Of a stretch of 64,000 nt of DNA, positions 49,124 to 61,222 are shown in pieces (position 1 is the stretch's first letter; each line of letters begins with the position of its first letter). A program made the translations under genes and the position numbers. The stretch lies in the NCBI GenBank assembly GCA_002269645.1, contig NIVC01001148.1:35253-99252 (forward strand). The letters run 5' to 3'. The stretch comes from Macrostomum lignano (lineage: Eukaryota). The notes beneath the pieces were generated by a model. It was given only the letters and a program-made list of their open reading frames with translations. It did not search any database and was not told where the DNA came from.

Positions 49124-49165
<42 letters not shown>

Positions 49166-50321
49166 GGAGTTTTATGAGTTTGTTTGCCACCTAAACTTGT
49201 GGGCTCCACTGATCACCCTCTCCTTTTATTATTTGACTCCAAACCCCAAAGTTGGCAACCCCAAACAAACACCAAAACCAAAAGCCTAGCCTAGTTGTGC
49301 ACAGCTTTATATTGACAAATGAATTTGAAAAATTTGCTAGGCGCATTCTCGTTATGCAAAAGAGAGAGAGAGATGAGAGATGAAGGCAGAGAGAGTGGAG
49401 TGTAGAGAGATGAGAGAAGTGAATAAAGGGGAGAGAGTATAGAAGAGGGAAAAGAAGAGGACTAAGGAAAGAGAGGAGTCAAAAGAGGGGAAAGAGAAGA
49501 GTACAGAGGAGAGAGGTGAGAGAACATACCAGTATAAGAGAATAAAGATGACAGATGAGAGAGGGGAAATGAGAGAGCAGAGACAAGAGAGAAGAGACAA
49601 AAGAGAAGTGAGAAAACAGAAGAGAAGATAGAAGGTTCAAAGGATGCAAGGAACATAGGGATTGAGAGGCAGAAGTAGAGGCAAGAGTGTTTCTGACATT
49701 CTGCGCCGCACCCCAGCCAACAATATCAATAGTTTGCCTCCAATCCTACTTTTACACGAATGTAATCTATGTTATGTTTAACTCTAATAATAAAAGTTTT
49801 TGCTTGAGTTTAACTTCAGATTTTAGAATATATGCAAAATTTGGAATTCCCATTTCCCACTGTTCAAAATCCGCGGGTTTCAACAGCTGTTACAGCTTGT
49901 TGTATAAAAGTTATGTGTTCTGTTCTGCATCATTCTAGCTCGTAAATACAATATTTCACTATATGCATAGACTTAAAAGGGTTGACAGAGTGCTAAACTT
50001 TAGGAGCATCATTTTTCCGGCAGTCATTTAGCTGGCAGTCAAATTGCTCGGCAGTCAAATTGCTGCAGTCATTTTGCTGGCAGTCAAATTGCTGCAGTCA
50101 TTTTGTTGGCAGTCAAATTGCCGCAGTCATATTGTCGGCAGTCCAATTTTCGCAGTAATTTTGTTGGCAGTCATTTTGTTGGCAGTCATTTTGTCGGCAG
50201 TCAAATTGTCGGCAGTCATTTAGTCCACAGTCATTTTGTTCGCAGTCATTTTGTCGGCAGTCAAATTGCTTGGCAGTCAAATTGTGGCAGTCAAATTGTG
50301 GCGATCAATTGTCGTGCACCC
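48790..50321. mobile_element. 1532-bp non-autonomous Mutator/Foldback element with 15-bp tandem-array TIRs and a 9-bp TSD
   Basis: TSD AAAAATAAC at 48781-48789 and 50322-50330. Termini GGGTCTACGACAATTGA / TCAATTGTCGTGCACCC. Arrays of ATTTGACTGCCGACA/AAATGACTGC at 48799-49050, inverted at 50017-50310. Confidence 0.88.
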
Positions 50322-50689
50322 AAAAATAACCGGAGGCTATGACCTTCTGATTTTGGTAACGCCCAAGGACTTGCAAAGTACATGAAATACATATACCAGT
50401 ATAGCCAATAGACCACTCAGGCCGGAATAATAATAAATGCTACTAGAACAATAGTAAATGCTACTGGAATAATAGGAGAACAATAACAATTATAAGGGCT
50501 AAATAATATTCTAAGAACAATATACTTAGATAAATACTCAGACTAAATACTAAGATATATACTCAGATCAATTCTAAGAAATGTTTATTGGATTATTCTA
50601 AGATTGATAAACATAATTTATTAATAGGATAATCCTGGTGGCAGCTACCAACTTAACAAGAATACTTAAAGATTAGTGTAAGAAGTTAG

Positions 50690-50960
50690 CACTAGCACAG
50701 CTTGGTGACATAACAGTGGGATAATTTCAGTAAGAGAAAACACGCCTGTAACAGCTTGGTAACACAAGGTGGGATATTATTAAGAAGGAAGTAACCCCCA
50801 CGACAACTTTGGTGGCATAACAATGGGATTATGTATCATACGGGAACACCACTGTTTCAACTTTGGTGGCATTTAGTGGGATTAAAATTGATAAAGTAGG
50901 AGATAAAAGCCCTGTTACAACTTTAGTGACAGCTGTGGAATCATTTGTAGAGATAGAAGA
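50690..50960. repeat. Degenerate ~60-bp tandem units (ACAACTTTGGTGGCA..GTGGGA); related copy at about 45715-45900
   Basis: Recurring CAACTTTGGTG/CAGCTTGGTG motif at both locations. Confidence 0.5.
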
Positions 50961-52470
50961 AAAACCTTTACCACAATTAGGCTAGCTATAAATTTATATA
51001 TGGTCATGGATATAGGCCTAGATTGCATCATATAGATAGGCTAAGGCTATAAATATAAGGAATAATATTAGGAAAATTTAAGATAGGCCTATGGCTATAG
51101 GGCCTAGCCTAGGCATATGGCTATGCTTAGGGCTAGGCCTAGGCCTTATCATCTTACAGCATGCTCATGACATAAGGATATAAGAAATTTTTAAAACCTA
51201 TCTGTAACAGAATTATATATTAAATATTAATTTTTAGTAGCTAGGCCCATTTTTTGTCTTTAATTCCATTTAATTACTAATTCAAAGATTATAAAATAAA
51301 TCTCTTTTGGAGTTTTGCCTCAATAAAAATCTGACATCTTATTAGGGCCTAGACTTAGGCCTAGCCTAGGCCACTACTTTTGAAAATTAGTGAAGTAATA
51401 AAGTTATAAAACTTTTTGTATTGTAGTAATTAGGCATTAGTATTAGACACTGTAATCATTTCTGCTTGTTTGCCAAAAAAACTTTTTTACAAAAAATTAA
51501 AACTTTTTGGCATAGGCCTAGCTTTTTTCGGCAGTCGAGAAATATTTGGCACCAAAAGGGAATACAGCAATAGGGCCTACCGAAAATATTTTAACTATAT
51601 TTAGAAGATATATCCACAATAAATATCTATTATACGGCCTAAAGGGCAGAGCTGGTAATAGTCGGACTGTGTTCGTTGCAAGATCGATTGTGCGCTGAAT
51701 GCGGCAGCAGTTATTTTTTACTTAAATTTTTATGTGATTTAAACAATCGAAACGCAGTCATGTCCGTCAAGTATTATAGAATTACGCTTAGAATCAGAGG
51801 CAAAATTCGTTTAACTTTACTTTTTATTTTAATTTATTTACTTATAGCAGGTTATTGCGTGCATCACTTCGTTTCGTGCATACACATGTAATATATGCTG
51901 TCTGTTATGTATTGTTTTTATATGTGCGTATATTCGAGTTAATATTTGTGTGTAAAATAAATAATTTGTTGATTGAACTTTAAGGACATTTTTCTTCGTA
52001 TAATAATAATACGGCTAATCATTAGGCGGGCTCATTGAGTGCTCGAACACCAATTCGACCATTCTGTTTTAAATTTTAGGGCCAGCTGACCTATTTTTAG
52101 AACCTTTCCGTATTACGGACTTACTGAACTGCATGCATATGTATATTCATTGTGAGAATTTATTATGTATTTTCTCACATCACAATCGTACGTGAAGCAA
52201 TGTGCTTTTTTTCGTGTAAATGTACATAAATATATGTACACGTGCAAGGTTTGAAATTGAAATATTAATTTACCAAACCATGCACAAAGACGTTATATAA
52301 CTGCTTGTTTATGTACTGTTGTACATGTGCTGTCACGTTCATTTTATACACGCGTTATCATTTTATACATGTAAATATGTGTAATTACGTTTACAAAAGT
52401 TTTCGCAGACTCGCGTATACTGCATTTACACGTCGCCTGGATAATACGTTTTGGGAAACCTAAAGGCCGG

Positions 52471-53289
52471 TGTCACGTTATTGGCGTAGTAGTGGCTATA
52501 GCCCTCAAAAGGGCCGTTTGACGAGAGTACTGACGTATTAGTCCCAAAAGGATGGTGAACTTAACAATGGCAGAGTAGATTTTGTAGCGGTAGCACTTGG
52601 CAATGGCGGTAGATAACAAAAGACGCCAACTGGTTTATAATTATCAATGTTTAATATTAATACAGAAGCTTATGACGTTATGGGGCACTGGCGGCTGCAA
52701 CAATGGGTTGATGTAATCTAGTTGTATAGATGAAAGTTGACTAGATGATAATTGGGATGGAGCTGAGTAGCAAGTGATGGCTGTGAGCACAGTGATGGCA
52801 GTGAGTAACAAGTAGGCAAACAGACAAAGTGGCGAGATTGGGCGTCGGCCCGTGGCAGTACACAGTGGAGCAAGAGTGCGTAGACAGTCTGGCCCAGACA
52901 GAGTGGAGCCGTGGCGAGAGATAAGGAGGCACGAGGACGAGAGAACGAGAGAGCGAAAGAGCGAAGGAGCGAAAGGAGTGAAAAAACTTCAGCCCGCCGC
53001 CAGGCGGGGTTAATAAAGGAGCGCAGGAGGGTTAACATAATATATGCGGAGAGTTTTCATTAACTGGCGAGGGAAAAACAAAAAACGGAAATTATTGATC
53101 GCGCGTGACTCTACAGGCGTACGCAAAGCTTACAAAGTACGCAGTGATTTAGCAATTGATACAGATTAGTTGCGCGCTACTACAAGTAAACGTGAGAATA
53201 CACAATTGGAAATTTTAAATGAGAAATTGTAAGGAAAATTGTAGTCCAACGGCCCTTTTGCGGGACCACTTTAAACTAGCAACGTCACA
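52471..53289. mobile_element. 819-bp non-autonomous Ginger1-like DNA transposon (TGT...ACA, ~50-bp imperfect TIRs, CCGG TSD)
   Basis: CCGG at 52467-52470 and 53290-53293. Ends TGTCACGTT / AACGTCACA. The subterminal CCCTCAAAAGGGCCGTTTGAC matches the reverse complement of GTCCAACGGCCCTTTTGCGGG. Confidence 0.62.
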
Positions 53290-54339
53290 CCGGTACATAC
53301 TTGTAATTTATTTGCGTACATGTGCACGCAATACATGTATACTTTATCCAAATCAAATATTGCACTTAATAGACAAAGCTAGCCTTAGATTATGTATGTA
53401 CTGTACGTGTGCATGTTATTGCCAACATGTGTGTGGTCTTTCTGTGATGGAATGTCTCGATTAGACTTTAAAAGGTATATCAATTGGTCCGGAAAGGTGA
53501 TTCTGTTGTTAGAAAGTCGCGAATAAAGCCACAAAAAGATTATACCCATGCGGTTCAGCTGGCTAGACAAGCTACATGAAGTAAACTAAAAAACACCTAG
53601 ATCAGAGTTGGTGTTTCTGCAGTTGGTCTCAAGCGAACACAAACTGCGCATAATTACCGTACAAAAGTTGCACTTAAGTTAGCTCGTATTTACAAGCATG
53701 CAAAAATTTAAGCATATTTTAGGAACCAGCTATACATCCAGATCGATGCCCTCATTCACTATGCGCAGAACCTTCATGTTATAAATAATTGCGCTCTGCA
53801 CTCGTTATAGATCGGTCAGGCGAAAAGATGGCTACTGCAAAAATAAAAAGAAAGAACACACCCTATGACAGTATATTGCAATCCAGAAAATACAAAAATG
53901 AGTACATTTTTCTTCCCTGCAAACCAAATACAATAGGCGGTGTACAGATGATACCTCTTCACCTATATAGCAGAGGCTTGAGTCTCCCTTTCCTGTCACC
54001 TAGAGTACTTGGCGACGCACTCCAAATGCGTTCATTTTAGTTTTCTGTCCCCGGCTTTAGTTCACTTCATTCCATTTTATTCCATGCACGAAAGCCAACC
54101 CCATCTCTTGCTCTCTCTCTCTCTCCCTTCTAAGCTCTCAGCAGAAGCTCTGCGTTGTTATTGGAAACCGGTACTGCCCCACCTCTACACAGTCTTTCCT
54201 CTTTTAGGATAAGCTCTGGCAAGGCAGAGAAGCGTTCTAGAGAGCAGGTTAACAGATTTGATTTTTACAGCTAGCTCCGCCTAATCCAGCACTTTCCAAG
54301 CTGCGATCCCGTACCGAATATCTGTGAGATTAACCTACA

Positions 54340-55029
54340 ATGGATCGCCTTGCTGCTCTTGAAAAAATTCAGGTAAAGCAGAAAGTTGAGCTCATTGAAG
54401 CTGTGACAGGTTTCGAAACGAACAATGAGTATGAGATTAAAGACGGCGCTGGAGTGACTTTCCTGAGGGCAAAGGAAAGCACAGGTCTCTGTGGTCGCAT
54501 GTGCTGCGGTGCGCATCGTGCATTCACTATTAATATCACGGATCCAAACGGACGCAACGTTATTCGAGTAGTTCGCGACTACAAGTGCTTTTTTATTGGT
54601 CAGTGCTGCAGTTGCTGCAGCTGCTGTCGGGATAGCGTCACTGTGGAGGCCCCACAGGGCAACATCGTTGGATTTGTGCTTCAGCAGTGCAGCGCATGCA
54701 ACGCCAACTTCACCATTAGAGATTCACACGGTATGGTTGTTCTGCACCTAAAAGGTCCGTGCTATTGCGGCTGCCGCTGTCCCGGACAGAAATACACCTT
54801 CCGCATGATGTCTGCTGATGAGACTCACGAGGTTGGACGGTTGCACAAAGAGTGGGCCGGCTTTGCCAAGGAGATACTCACTGATGCTGACACGTTTCTG
54901 CTGGAGGTGCCGCAGGACATGGCCGTGGAGACAAAGGCAACGCTTGTCGCTGCTGTGCTGCTTATCGACTTTATGTTTTTCGAGGACAACAGCGGCAAAA
55001 ACAAGGTCGCCAGCACACACCACCACTAA
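54340..55029 (+). CDS. PLSCR: Phospholipid scramblase family protein, 229 aa, single coding exon
   Basis: KQKVELIEAVTGFETNNEYEIK, AKES..LCGRMCCG..RAF, Cys cluster CCSCCSCC, KEWAG..KE..TDADTF, KATLVAAVLLIDFMFFE. Confidence 0.93.
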   Translation: MDRLAALEKIQVKQKVELIEAVTGFETNNEYEIKDGAGVTFLRAKESTGLCGRMCCGAHRAFTINITDPNGRNVIRVVRDYKCFFIGQCCSCCSCCRDSVTVEAPQGNIVGFVLQQCSACNANFTIRDSHGMVVLHLKGPCYCGCRCPGQKYTFRMMSADETHEVGRLHKEWAGFAKEILTDADTFLLEVPQDMAVETKATLVAAVLLIDFMFFEDNSGKNKVASTHHH

Positions 55030-56792
55030 GTCAAAGTGAACGGTCTGTCAGTGAACTGGATAAGCTACGTGAAAGTGACACGAGAAACAAATAATATATA
55101 TTCGCATATTCGTTATACTTCTCACTGATCAAATAGCTATTTTATTCGCAACTTCTTTTTTCCTGCTCTTCTTTTTTCGCTCATATGTACCTCCTTCTAT
55201 GCTCATTCATTTTTGAGTCGCCGATGGAATACGAGTATACCACAAAACTTAACTGTCACAATGCTTACATTAAAACGTTCTGTTGTGTCAATAGTGTATA
55301 AAATTATTAAACTAAGCTAACTTAAGCATAACCACCAGTGTTACTCCAAATGTTAATGCATCAAAGTTTCTCTCACTTTTCTATTCTGTCAATTTTCTCT
55401 ATCGTCAAATATTTTATTCGGCTGTTTATTATTTTACTGTCAGTTCATTCCCCCTTTTCCTGAACAATATGGGAAACGTGTAAAATTCGATACATCACCT
55501 GGATTTCAACACACACGGTTAGTAAAGCGAATAAAATAAACAGTATATTTTTTTCCTCTCTAAACCTTTTTCTGGTCAAAGCTTATTTTGTTGTAACTGT
55601 CAAACGAGGTAAAAAGTAGCGTCATTGCTATAAATATACGTGACTAATGGTTTTTGGTTCTTTGGTTTCAATTGAGCACGCGCTCTGCGCGAACATACAG
55701 GCCAAATAACAACAAGAGTCTTGGCTATCTTAGCAACAGAACTTTTCAAATTTTCAAAACCTAAAAGCTCTTTCAAGATCGGAAATTCATTTAGCTTACG
55801 AGAGTAAAAATACTATGCTATATCTAAGCTTTTCTGCATTCTTAGAATTGTCAGCCTTCTCGGGATTTGCAGCATCATCAGAATTATCAGCATTGGTCTC
55901 TACCCGTCTGAACCTGTCTTTGATCTCCTGTCTATTGACCTGTCTATGACCCTGTCCTATGATCTGTCTATGTCATTGAGAGCATGATTTGCTTGTTACC
56001 ATGGCAAATATTCGTCCATGGAACAAAACGTAGTCCTTACAGGCCCGCAGCGATGCCACAGATAGAGATATACTTGCTGACATCTCGGAAGTTCGTTTGC
56101 CTGCCCTAGAGCTTAGAAAAACGAGCAAAAAACTCAGGTGTTCTGTGTGCCTAGTGCCCTTTAGCAGTGTATGCAGTGTCCCGAGGCTAACGGTATTCAA
56201 CCAAGACCTACCTAGCAGTTTCTGTACAGGTATAGCTTACTGCCCAGCCAGAAAGCTTCTATACGAGCAATAATACAGAATCTTACAGGTGGGTAGTAGC
56301 TAATGGCCACGATCCATGCATTTCGATCTGTCTGTCAGCAGCTGTTACAATTCTATTTTCTGCTACTTCTCTCTCCCTATATGGCTGTATGCAGCTAGGG
56401 TGACGATCAGAGCAAGAAGATCTGTGCATTAAAAACCTCACTGCCCTCTGATATTTACAGGTAAAAATCTGATAAGAAACAAATGCTAGCTCGTATCCAT
56501 GTTTGGGCTAATTCCGGTAAGAAAATTAACTTTTCCCGACAAATACCAGTTGCAGATTTTGATAATTCACCTGGAAAAGCTTGCAAAGCAATCGGGGGAA
56601 ACTCACTGTGACAATGTGCCAGCAAAAAGTTAGTGTTGTGTCTTATTTTCCAACAACAACAAAATACGGCTCGTATGTTGTCAGCCAGTCAAGCGAGTCA
56701 TAAGAGGCAAGACAACGTCACAGGGCGCGTTTCGGGACCTGAGCGCGAACGTAGGCCACCCCGACGGCAGTGTCCAGGGCGCATTGCTGCTA

Positions 56793-57340
56793 AAGTGTAG
56801 TCGTAGAGTATCAGAGAGGAATTCTACTACTCAAGTGTAGTTGTAGAGTATCAGAGAGGAATTCTACTACTCAAGTGTAGTTGTAGAGTATCAGAGAGGA
56901 ATTCTACTACTCAAGTGTAGTTGTAGAGTATCAGAGAGGAATTCTACTACTCAAGTGTAGTTGTAGAGTATCAGAGAGGAATTCTACTACTCAAGTGTAG
57001 TTGTAGAGTATCAGAGAGGAATTCTACTACTCAAGTGTAGTTGTAGAATATCAGAGAGGAATTCTACTACTCAAGTGTAGTTGTAGAGTATCAGAGAGGA
57101 ATTCTACTACTCAAGTGTAGTCGTAGAGTATCAGAGAGGAATTCTACTACTCAAGTGTTGTTGTAGAGTATCAGAGAGGAATTCTACTACTCAAGTGTAG
57201 TTGTAGAGTATCAGAGAGGAATTCTACTACTCAAGTGTAGTTGTAGAGTATCAGAGAGGAATTCTACTACTCAAGTGTAGTTGTAGAGTATCAGAGAGGA
57301 ATTCTACTACTCAAGTGTAGTTGTAGAGTATCAGAGGGGA
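56793..57340. repeat. 40-bp tandem array, about 13.7 near-identical copies
   Basis: Unit ATTCTACTACTCAAGTGTAGTTGTAGAGTATCAGAGAGGA, with only single-base variants and no spacers. Confidence 0.98.
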
Positions 57341-57695
57341 GCATCAGCCAGCAGGCAGTCGACAAAACGCTGAGTGCACGCCTGTCCTCGCCGGTAGGGT
57401 GCCTTCAGCATCAGCAGCAGCACCTCCCGCACCGGCTATGGGCAGTAGGACTCGGCTCAGATGATGTGGCCTGCCAGCTGGAGTCGCCGATGGCGCAACA
57501 GTTCGCTGGGACGGGACAGGCCGATGCGGCGATAGAGTGCCGCATTGGTGACTCGCTCGTTGCCGATCTTGATGGCGGCGCGCAGCAGGACAGCGTGCGC
57601 CGCATCGACCTGCTGTTCGAGCGATTCCGTCAACGCCCAGATCTCGGCGTTGTACAACAGGATGGTCTCGATCACCGCCAAAGTAGCTTCAAGTC
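57341..57695 (-). mobile_element. RTE-clade LINE reverse transcriptase C-terminal fragment
   Basis: VIETILLYNAEIWALTESLEQQVD...VTNAALY...RHRRLQLAGHII, followed by RRGQARTQRFVDCLLAD. Confidence 0.8.
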
Positions 57696-59368
57696 CTGAT
57701 GTGTAAAAGCAAAAGGTATGCTGAATGTCAAAAAAGCATCACAAGGTGCACATTAGGGCCTAGTTTTGAATATGAACGAATCCGGGGTCAGCCAACTGGC
57801 ATTCAGCGACTGCTCAACCGCTCCTGTACTCCCCGCTAGGGAGCGTGCAGCGTAAGCAACAGCACTTCATGCACGGAGCCCTGTGGGCTCCCTGCTTTGC
57901 TGCCGGGCCGGAGTGGTGACGCTTTTTGTTTTGCGAATTCAAGGACACCAACTGACTTTGGAATAAAGTTAGCAAAATGTAAATGTATTCAATAAGCAAA
58001 GTTCAAGACACTTTTATTGAAACTTTGTTTTGGAATTAGCTGTTTTTAAGTGCTCATGTGTCTCGACCTCTAAATTTCTGAACTACACAAATAAGGATAT
58101 AGAAATACTCATAGACGGCTTTTCAATTAACCCGTGATAAAGCCTTTCAATATAACTTTTTAATTAAAATTTTACCTCAACGTAGCAAACCTAATAACGC
58201 CATTTATAGAGAATCAGTGTAACAGTGCGTACTTGTAATCAAAATATTAGTGAGAGAGGTGCACACATTTAAATTATGTTGCCGTTTAGCCACTCAAAAG
58301 CATCGAGTTATCTCTCTTGACAGAAACATTAAAATGGCTTCTATACTTGACTGCTGTATTGCCAAATTTCGAGCAGAATGGAACTATCGCTAAAGGTTAA
58401 TGTACACTTGAGCCTCTTATTTGCCTCTGTATTTGTGTCGTGATTGCATTCAACTGCAAATCCATAAATTATCCCATTTCCTTATTATTCCTTATTACTT
58501 GGCTATTTAACCAGCTCACCAAAGTTGCATTTTAATTGTTTATTTAGCAACACAAAAAACAAAAGTGCACCATATAGGACACATTAGTGATTGGTATTGG
58601 CTCAGAAGACAACTCACCAAGGAACTGTCCTCGACGATTTATGCCTCGAATCGAGGTTAGAAATCGTGAATGTATTTACAAAATACTGTAAAACACATTT
58701 TACGAATGGAAAGATGAAAAATGTTAAGGGGATAGCAAGTAGCATGACATTCGTATTTTAATATTGCCAATGGAATAAAAATGAGTAGAAGAAATTCATA
58801 GAGGCTAGAATATCAAGTTTTGTTCATTTTCTAGCAATAAAAGGCGCACGCATTCAAGAATTCGATATTTTGAATTATACTGCGCAGACAGGCTCAGTTA
58901 TATACGAGTATGCATCCTATTTTTCTAAGAAAATACTGCCGCCAAATTAAAACTGCTGAAAAACTAAATGCAATCCTATCTAGTTGCTCTATGTGAGAAT
59001 TAACCTCCCGACCATGTAAATGCCACCGAATCTGTATAACTATTGGTTGCTTAAAGGGCTGGGTTCAGACTCCAGACTAAAAACTAAAAATGCAAGGTGC
59101 AGCCATCTCGAAGTTTTATGGTGACTAAGGAATCTGAGTGAAATTAAATGCAGGGATCCTACGTACTTCACTGTATACTGAGTTCTAAATCTTTAGCGGC
59201 AGTTTAAAGCAGAGACAAAAACTAAAAAGGTAAAAAAATAAAGTGCAGGATTCATCAGCGACATGCTGCTTCTCAAGAAAGAGAAGCAAAACACACCTGT
59301 TAACATTAAGTGAGCGTGCAAACGCCGAATCCCTTTTATACACGAAATAATAAAGTCTCAGTTAAGAT

Positions 59369-61222
59369 TCACTCGGTGCCCAGGCTTTGGCCGACCAGAA
59401 TTTTCTGTCCCGTTCGGAGGCTGAAGCGGTAGCTCTTGGGCGCTTCAAACAACAGCACGACAGTGCTTCCCAGGTTGAACTCGCCAAAAAGCTCGCCTTT
59501 GCCTGCAACAAAGCTTCCTTCAGGAAAAATGCGGTCCTGGAAGCCTGCGCCGCCTCGGTTCGTTCGTAGCTCCTGTTGTGAAAGGGGGATCCGAGTGATA
59601 GTTAGAAACTTTATGAAGAATCTAATCAGTGCTAATACTCGTTTCTGTGCTTGTCGATTTTTTGGAACAAAATATGTTTGAATCCGAATAGCAAAAGCAG
59701 CTCTTACCTCATCCTTAAAGACGCTGATGGAGCCCACGTTAGTGGCCCCGACTGCCGTGTAAGAAAAGAAGCCGTGGCGCCAGCTGCCCATGTACACGGC
59801 CCGCTCATTGATGCAAAACAGCCCCCGGATCATGCCTGCGATGCGCGGTGCGACAGACAGCAGATGGCCCGGGAAGTGGCGTCGCTTGTGCACTGTCCAG
59901 TCAACAGACGAGTGAAACCGGTGATAATCGCCTGGGCTGAGATAGATCACACAGTGGTACAGTTCATTCTCTGGATTTTGCTTTAGATGGTCGTGGTACT
60001 CGGAATCTTGCAGCTTTCGTTCCATCGGGGACGTAGAGCACTCCGATGAGCCATTGTCTCCGAGAGGGTCTGGCCCGAGGAACCCTTGTAGAGTGTAGGT
60101 GACGCCCTTCACCTGCTCGACATGGCCACTCGCTACACGTCCGAAGTGCAGCACAGTCCCATCAGCGGGTGAGACAATGCGTGCAGCTGGGCAGATGGGC
60201 CGTACTTCCGGCTTGAGCGAGCGTCTAAAGAACTCAGAAAGGTTGCGAAACTCACGCAGGTCATTGAAGTCGGCCTCATCGAGGTTGCAGTTGCATAGCT
60301 TGCTGTACAGACGGTAGGCTGGGCTTCGAGCGAACAACGGTAACGGAAGCTGGTGGCAGCGGCCCCAAAGGCGAGAGAAAGCATTCAGTGGTAACCTGCG
60401 GTAGAGTTGGAGCTGAAATATAAAAGAAACGGGCGTTGTAGAAAGGTTTTACACTGGGAAAAGTGGCAATAAGTCCGGCATGTCTGCTCAAGCTAAATTT
60501 CAAATGTCTAGTCCACTGCTAAGTTTTTTCACGCGATAGCTCAACAGTCCACCAAGGGCCAAAGGGCACAGTCTGAGGCAAAGTTGAAGTAGTAAAGTTC
60601 TGCAGACCTTGGTTAATCGCTAATGCCCTGCGTTTAAGGTTTTTTATTTAAAACTTAAAAATAGCGAGAGATAACGAAAGTTTGATCAAAGTTCTATTTT
60701 TAGGTCTGACGTACCTCACACATGGCGTGATATGTAGCGCCAGTTTTGAAATTCTTTTCAGAGTACGAGCGTAGGACCTTTTCTATTAGCTTCTAATACC
60801 CTTTTATAAATCCGTAAAACCAACTTGATTGAAACTGCAACTATTTATCCTGGGAATACAAATACAAGTGAAGATGTCACTCATTTCTGTAGCTTGTGGG
60901 GTGCATTTTAGAGAAGCCAAATCTACATAATATAGTTCTACAGCTATTCCTGGTGTGTTCTTAATGCTACAAAATGCAAGCACGCGTCAGAGTTGAGAAA
61001 TTTGCTTACAGCCCAGCGCAGATCCTTCACGGAGCCGAGGCCAGTGCTCGCCAAGATGAGGGCCCTCGCCTGGGTCAGCTGGAGTGCACAGCAAAGCAGT
61101 GCCAGCGCGCCAAGCAGAATCTGCTGCTCGAGCAGCAGAAGCGCTGGGCACAGACAGAGTAGGCATGGCACCGTAGGGCAGCGAAGCCGGCGAACGCGCA
61201 GGGATTCGGAGGTCGGATCCAT
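59369..61222 (-). CDS. PISD: Phosphatidylserine decarboxylase proenzyme (mitochondrial type), about 373 aa. Exons 61222-61010, 60412-59708, 59572-59369
   Basis: LYRRLPLNAFSRLWG, FRNLSEFFRR, VSPADG, EQVKGVTY, YLSPGDYHRFHS, NER, VGATNVGSI, and the self-cleavage motif GEFNLGSTVVL. The exon 1 frame is less certain than exons 2-3. Confidence 0.92.

Noticed and set aside
48591-50342. Repetitive ORFs (WQSFC, AVILSAV, GSHFV)
   Set aside because: They are readings of the 15-bp TIR arrays.
56793-57340. Possible CRISPR array
   Set aside because: The 40-bp units are contiguous with no unique spacers, there are no cas genes, and the context is eukaryotic.
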